DNA of 64,000 nucleotides from a virus (Duplodnaviria; Heunggongvirae; Uroviricota; Caudoviricetes): IMG/VR virus record IMGVR_UViG_3300031760_000004, positions 28,294 to 92,293 of that record; one strand, 5' to 3'. Shown piece by piece: positions 63,164 to 64,000 of this stretch (position 1 is its first letter; each line of letters starts with the position of its first letter). The notes under the pieces were generated by a model. It saw only the letters and a program-made list of their open reading frames with translations, ran no database searches and was not told where the DNA came from. The position numbers and the translations under genes were made by a program.

Positions 63164-63709
63164 ATGATCACTGAAAAGGAAAAACAGCTGATAGACGAGA
63201 TAATTGCGGAAGGTGACCGGAAATACTGGGAAAAAATCCGCATACTCGCCGACATTGTCGGAAGCCAGCCGTCGTTAGCGCTTAACCAGACGACCCGTAT
63301 CTGGAAGTGGCTTAAGGACAACAAGACCAAGTATCGTGACGTATACAAGCGCCATGGTCTTTCAATCAGGGAGACGAACGATGACGGTGACACGATCGTA
63401 CTCCGAGGCAACGACGGGAATGGCGGAGATAACATTGTCGAGCTGCGGGTGAACACATGGGACGGCGTCATAAGCGGCAAAGGATATGTGTGCCACTACA
63501 TGGCTCCTGCGGAATGCGGTGGGCGCGATATGACCGCGACAGATGTCATTGACACCGTTGCACTCGCCATCAAGGACGTCACGCTTTGGACGATTGTCGC
63601 CGGCCGGTACAACGCCATCAAGAAGGACGTCGATGGAATCGAGACCGGCGAGTCCGACGCCAGGGTTGAAAAGGCCCTTCATCAACTGGAGCTGCTGAGG
63701 AAGCTATGA
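63164..63709 (+). CDS. Hypothetical protein, paralog family member 2 (C-terminus HQLELLRKL)
   Basis: Internal Met (MITEKEKQLIDEIIAEGDRKYWEKI...) of ORF 62984..63709. Confidence 0.5.
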   Translation: MITEKEKQLIDEIIAEGDRKYWEKIRILADIVGSQPSLALNQTTRIWKWLKDNKTKYRDVYKRHGLSIRETNDDGDTIVLRGNDGNGGDNIVELRVNTWDGVISGKGYVCHYMAPAECGGRDMTATDVIDTVALAIKDVTLWTIVAGRYNAIKKDVDGIETGESDARVEKALHQLELLRKL

Positions 63710-64000
63710 ACATGGACAACATCACGCCCGAGGAGAGGGCGCTGTGCGACGAGATAGTCGCCGAGGGTCGCAGAAAATACGAACAGCAGCTCGACCTGTT
63801 GTACGAGCTCGCCGGCGTATCCCGCAAGGACCACTTCAACCGGGAGCTGGAGGGGAGGCTCGGAGACATCTTCGTATGGCTGGCCATGAACTTCATCGAC
63901 CGCCACTCGGACTTCGAGAAGGAGGGGATCAAGGCCTCGTTCGTCGGAGCCGACTACGGCCAGTACCGCTACGGCAACATCTGCCTCGACGGCGAGCCGA
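63709..64000 (+). CDS. Hypothetical protein, paralog family member 3 (partial, runs off the window)
   Basis: MNMDNITPEERALCDEIVAEGRRKYEQQLDLLYELAGV... parallels the N-termini of the 60066 and 63164 proteins. Confidence 0.4.

Noticed and set aside
1-64000. CRISPR arrays, integrase/attachment sites, rRNA genes
   Set aside because: No regularly spaced repeat-spacer arrays, no tyrosine or serine recombinase motifs, and no rRNA-like segments were seen. Short tRNA genes cannot be excluded by eye, but no obvious cloverleaf-forming segment was found in the gene-poor gaps that were examined.

Overview
The window is 64 kb of a high-GC (~62-64%), densely coding dsDNA bacteriophage genome with no genome ends visible, so the phage is probably larger than 64 kb. 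Strong AGGAGG-type ribosome-binding sites, a lipoprotein lipobox and an LpxR-like outer-membrane enzyme point to a Gram-negative, high-GC host.

Layout:
- 1..5509 (minus strand): a glycosyltransferase operon with overlapping start/stop codons.
- 5560..22600 (plus strand): structural-like and accessory genes, including two tandem paralogous tail-fibre/receptor-binding-like proteins. Between 14.15 and 19.2 kb there is a string of self-contained cassettes (genes added onto a phage with their own signals, often called morons) bounded by a repeated terminator and a repeated promoter-like module; these carry an LpxR-like lipid A deacylase, a metacaspase and membrane proteins.
- 22602..24317 (minus strand): a T4-type large terminase.
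- 25 kb onward (plus strand): a T4-like replication/recombination module with SbcC, SbcD, UvsW-like helicase, DnaB-like helicase, primase, gp32-like SSB and UvsX/RecA, but with a family-A DNA polymerase that carries an N-terminal UDG-like domain.

Most notable observation: four dispersed genes together encode a complete deamidated (Preiss-Handler-type) NAD+ salvage route. These are PncA nicotinamidase, PncB nicotinate phosphoribosyltransferase, a NadM-type adenylyltransferase fused to a Nudix hydrolase, and NadE NAD synthetase. This looks like a phage NAD+-reconstitution system to counter NAD-depleting host immunity, distinct from the NadV-based route.

Other points worth a second look:
- the LpxR-like plus metacaspase cassette;
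- an 11-G homopolymer tract that could link two ORFs by slippage;
- a block of helically phased A-tract direct repeats upstream of the fibre genes;
- AT-rich compositional islands;
- several tandem paralog families;
- two methyltransferases.

Many long ORFs in the six-frame track that lie antisense to recognisable genes are high-GC artefacts and were rejected.
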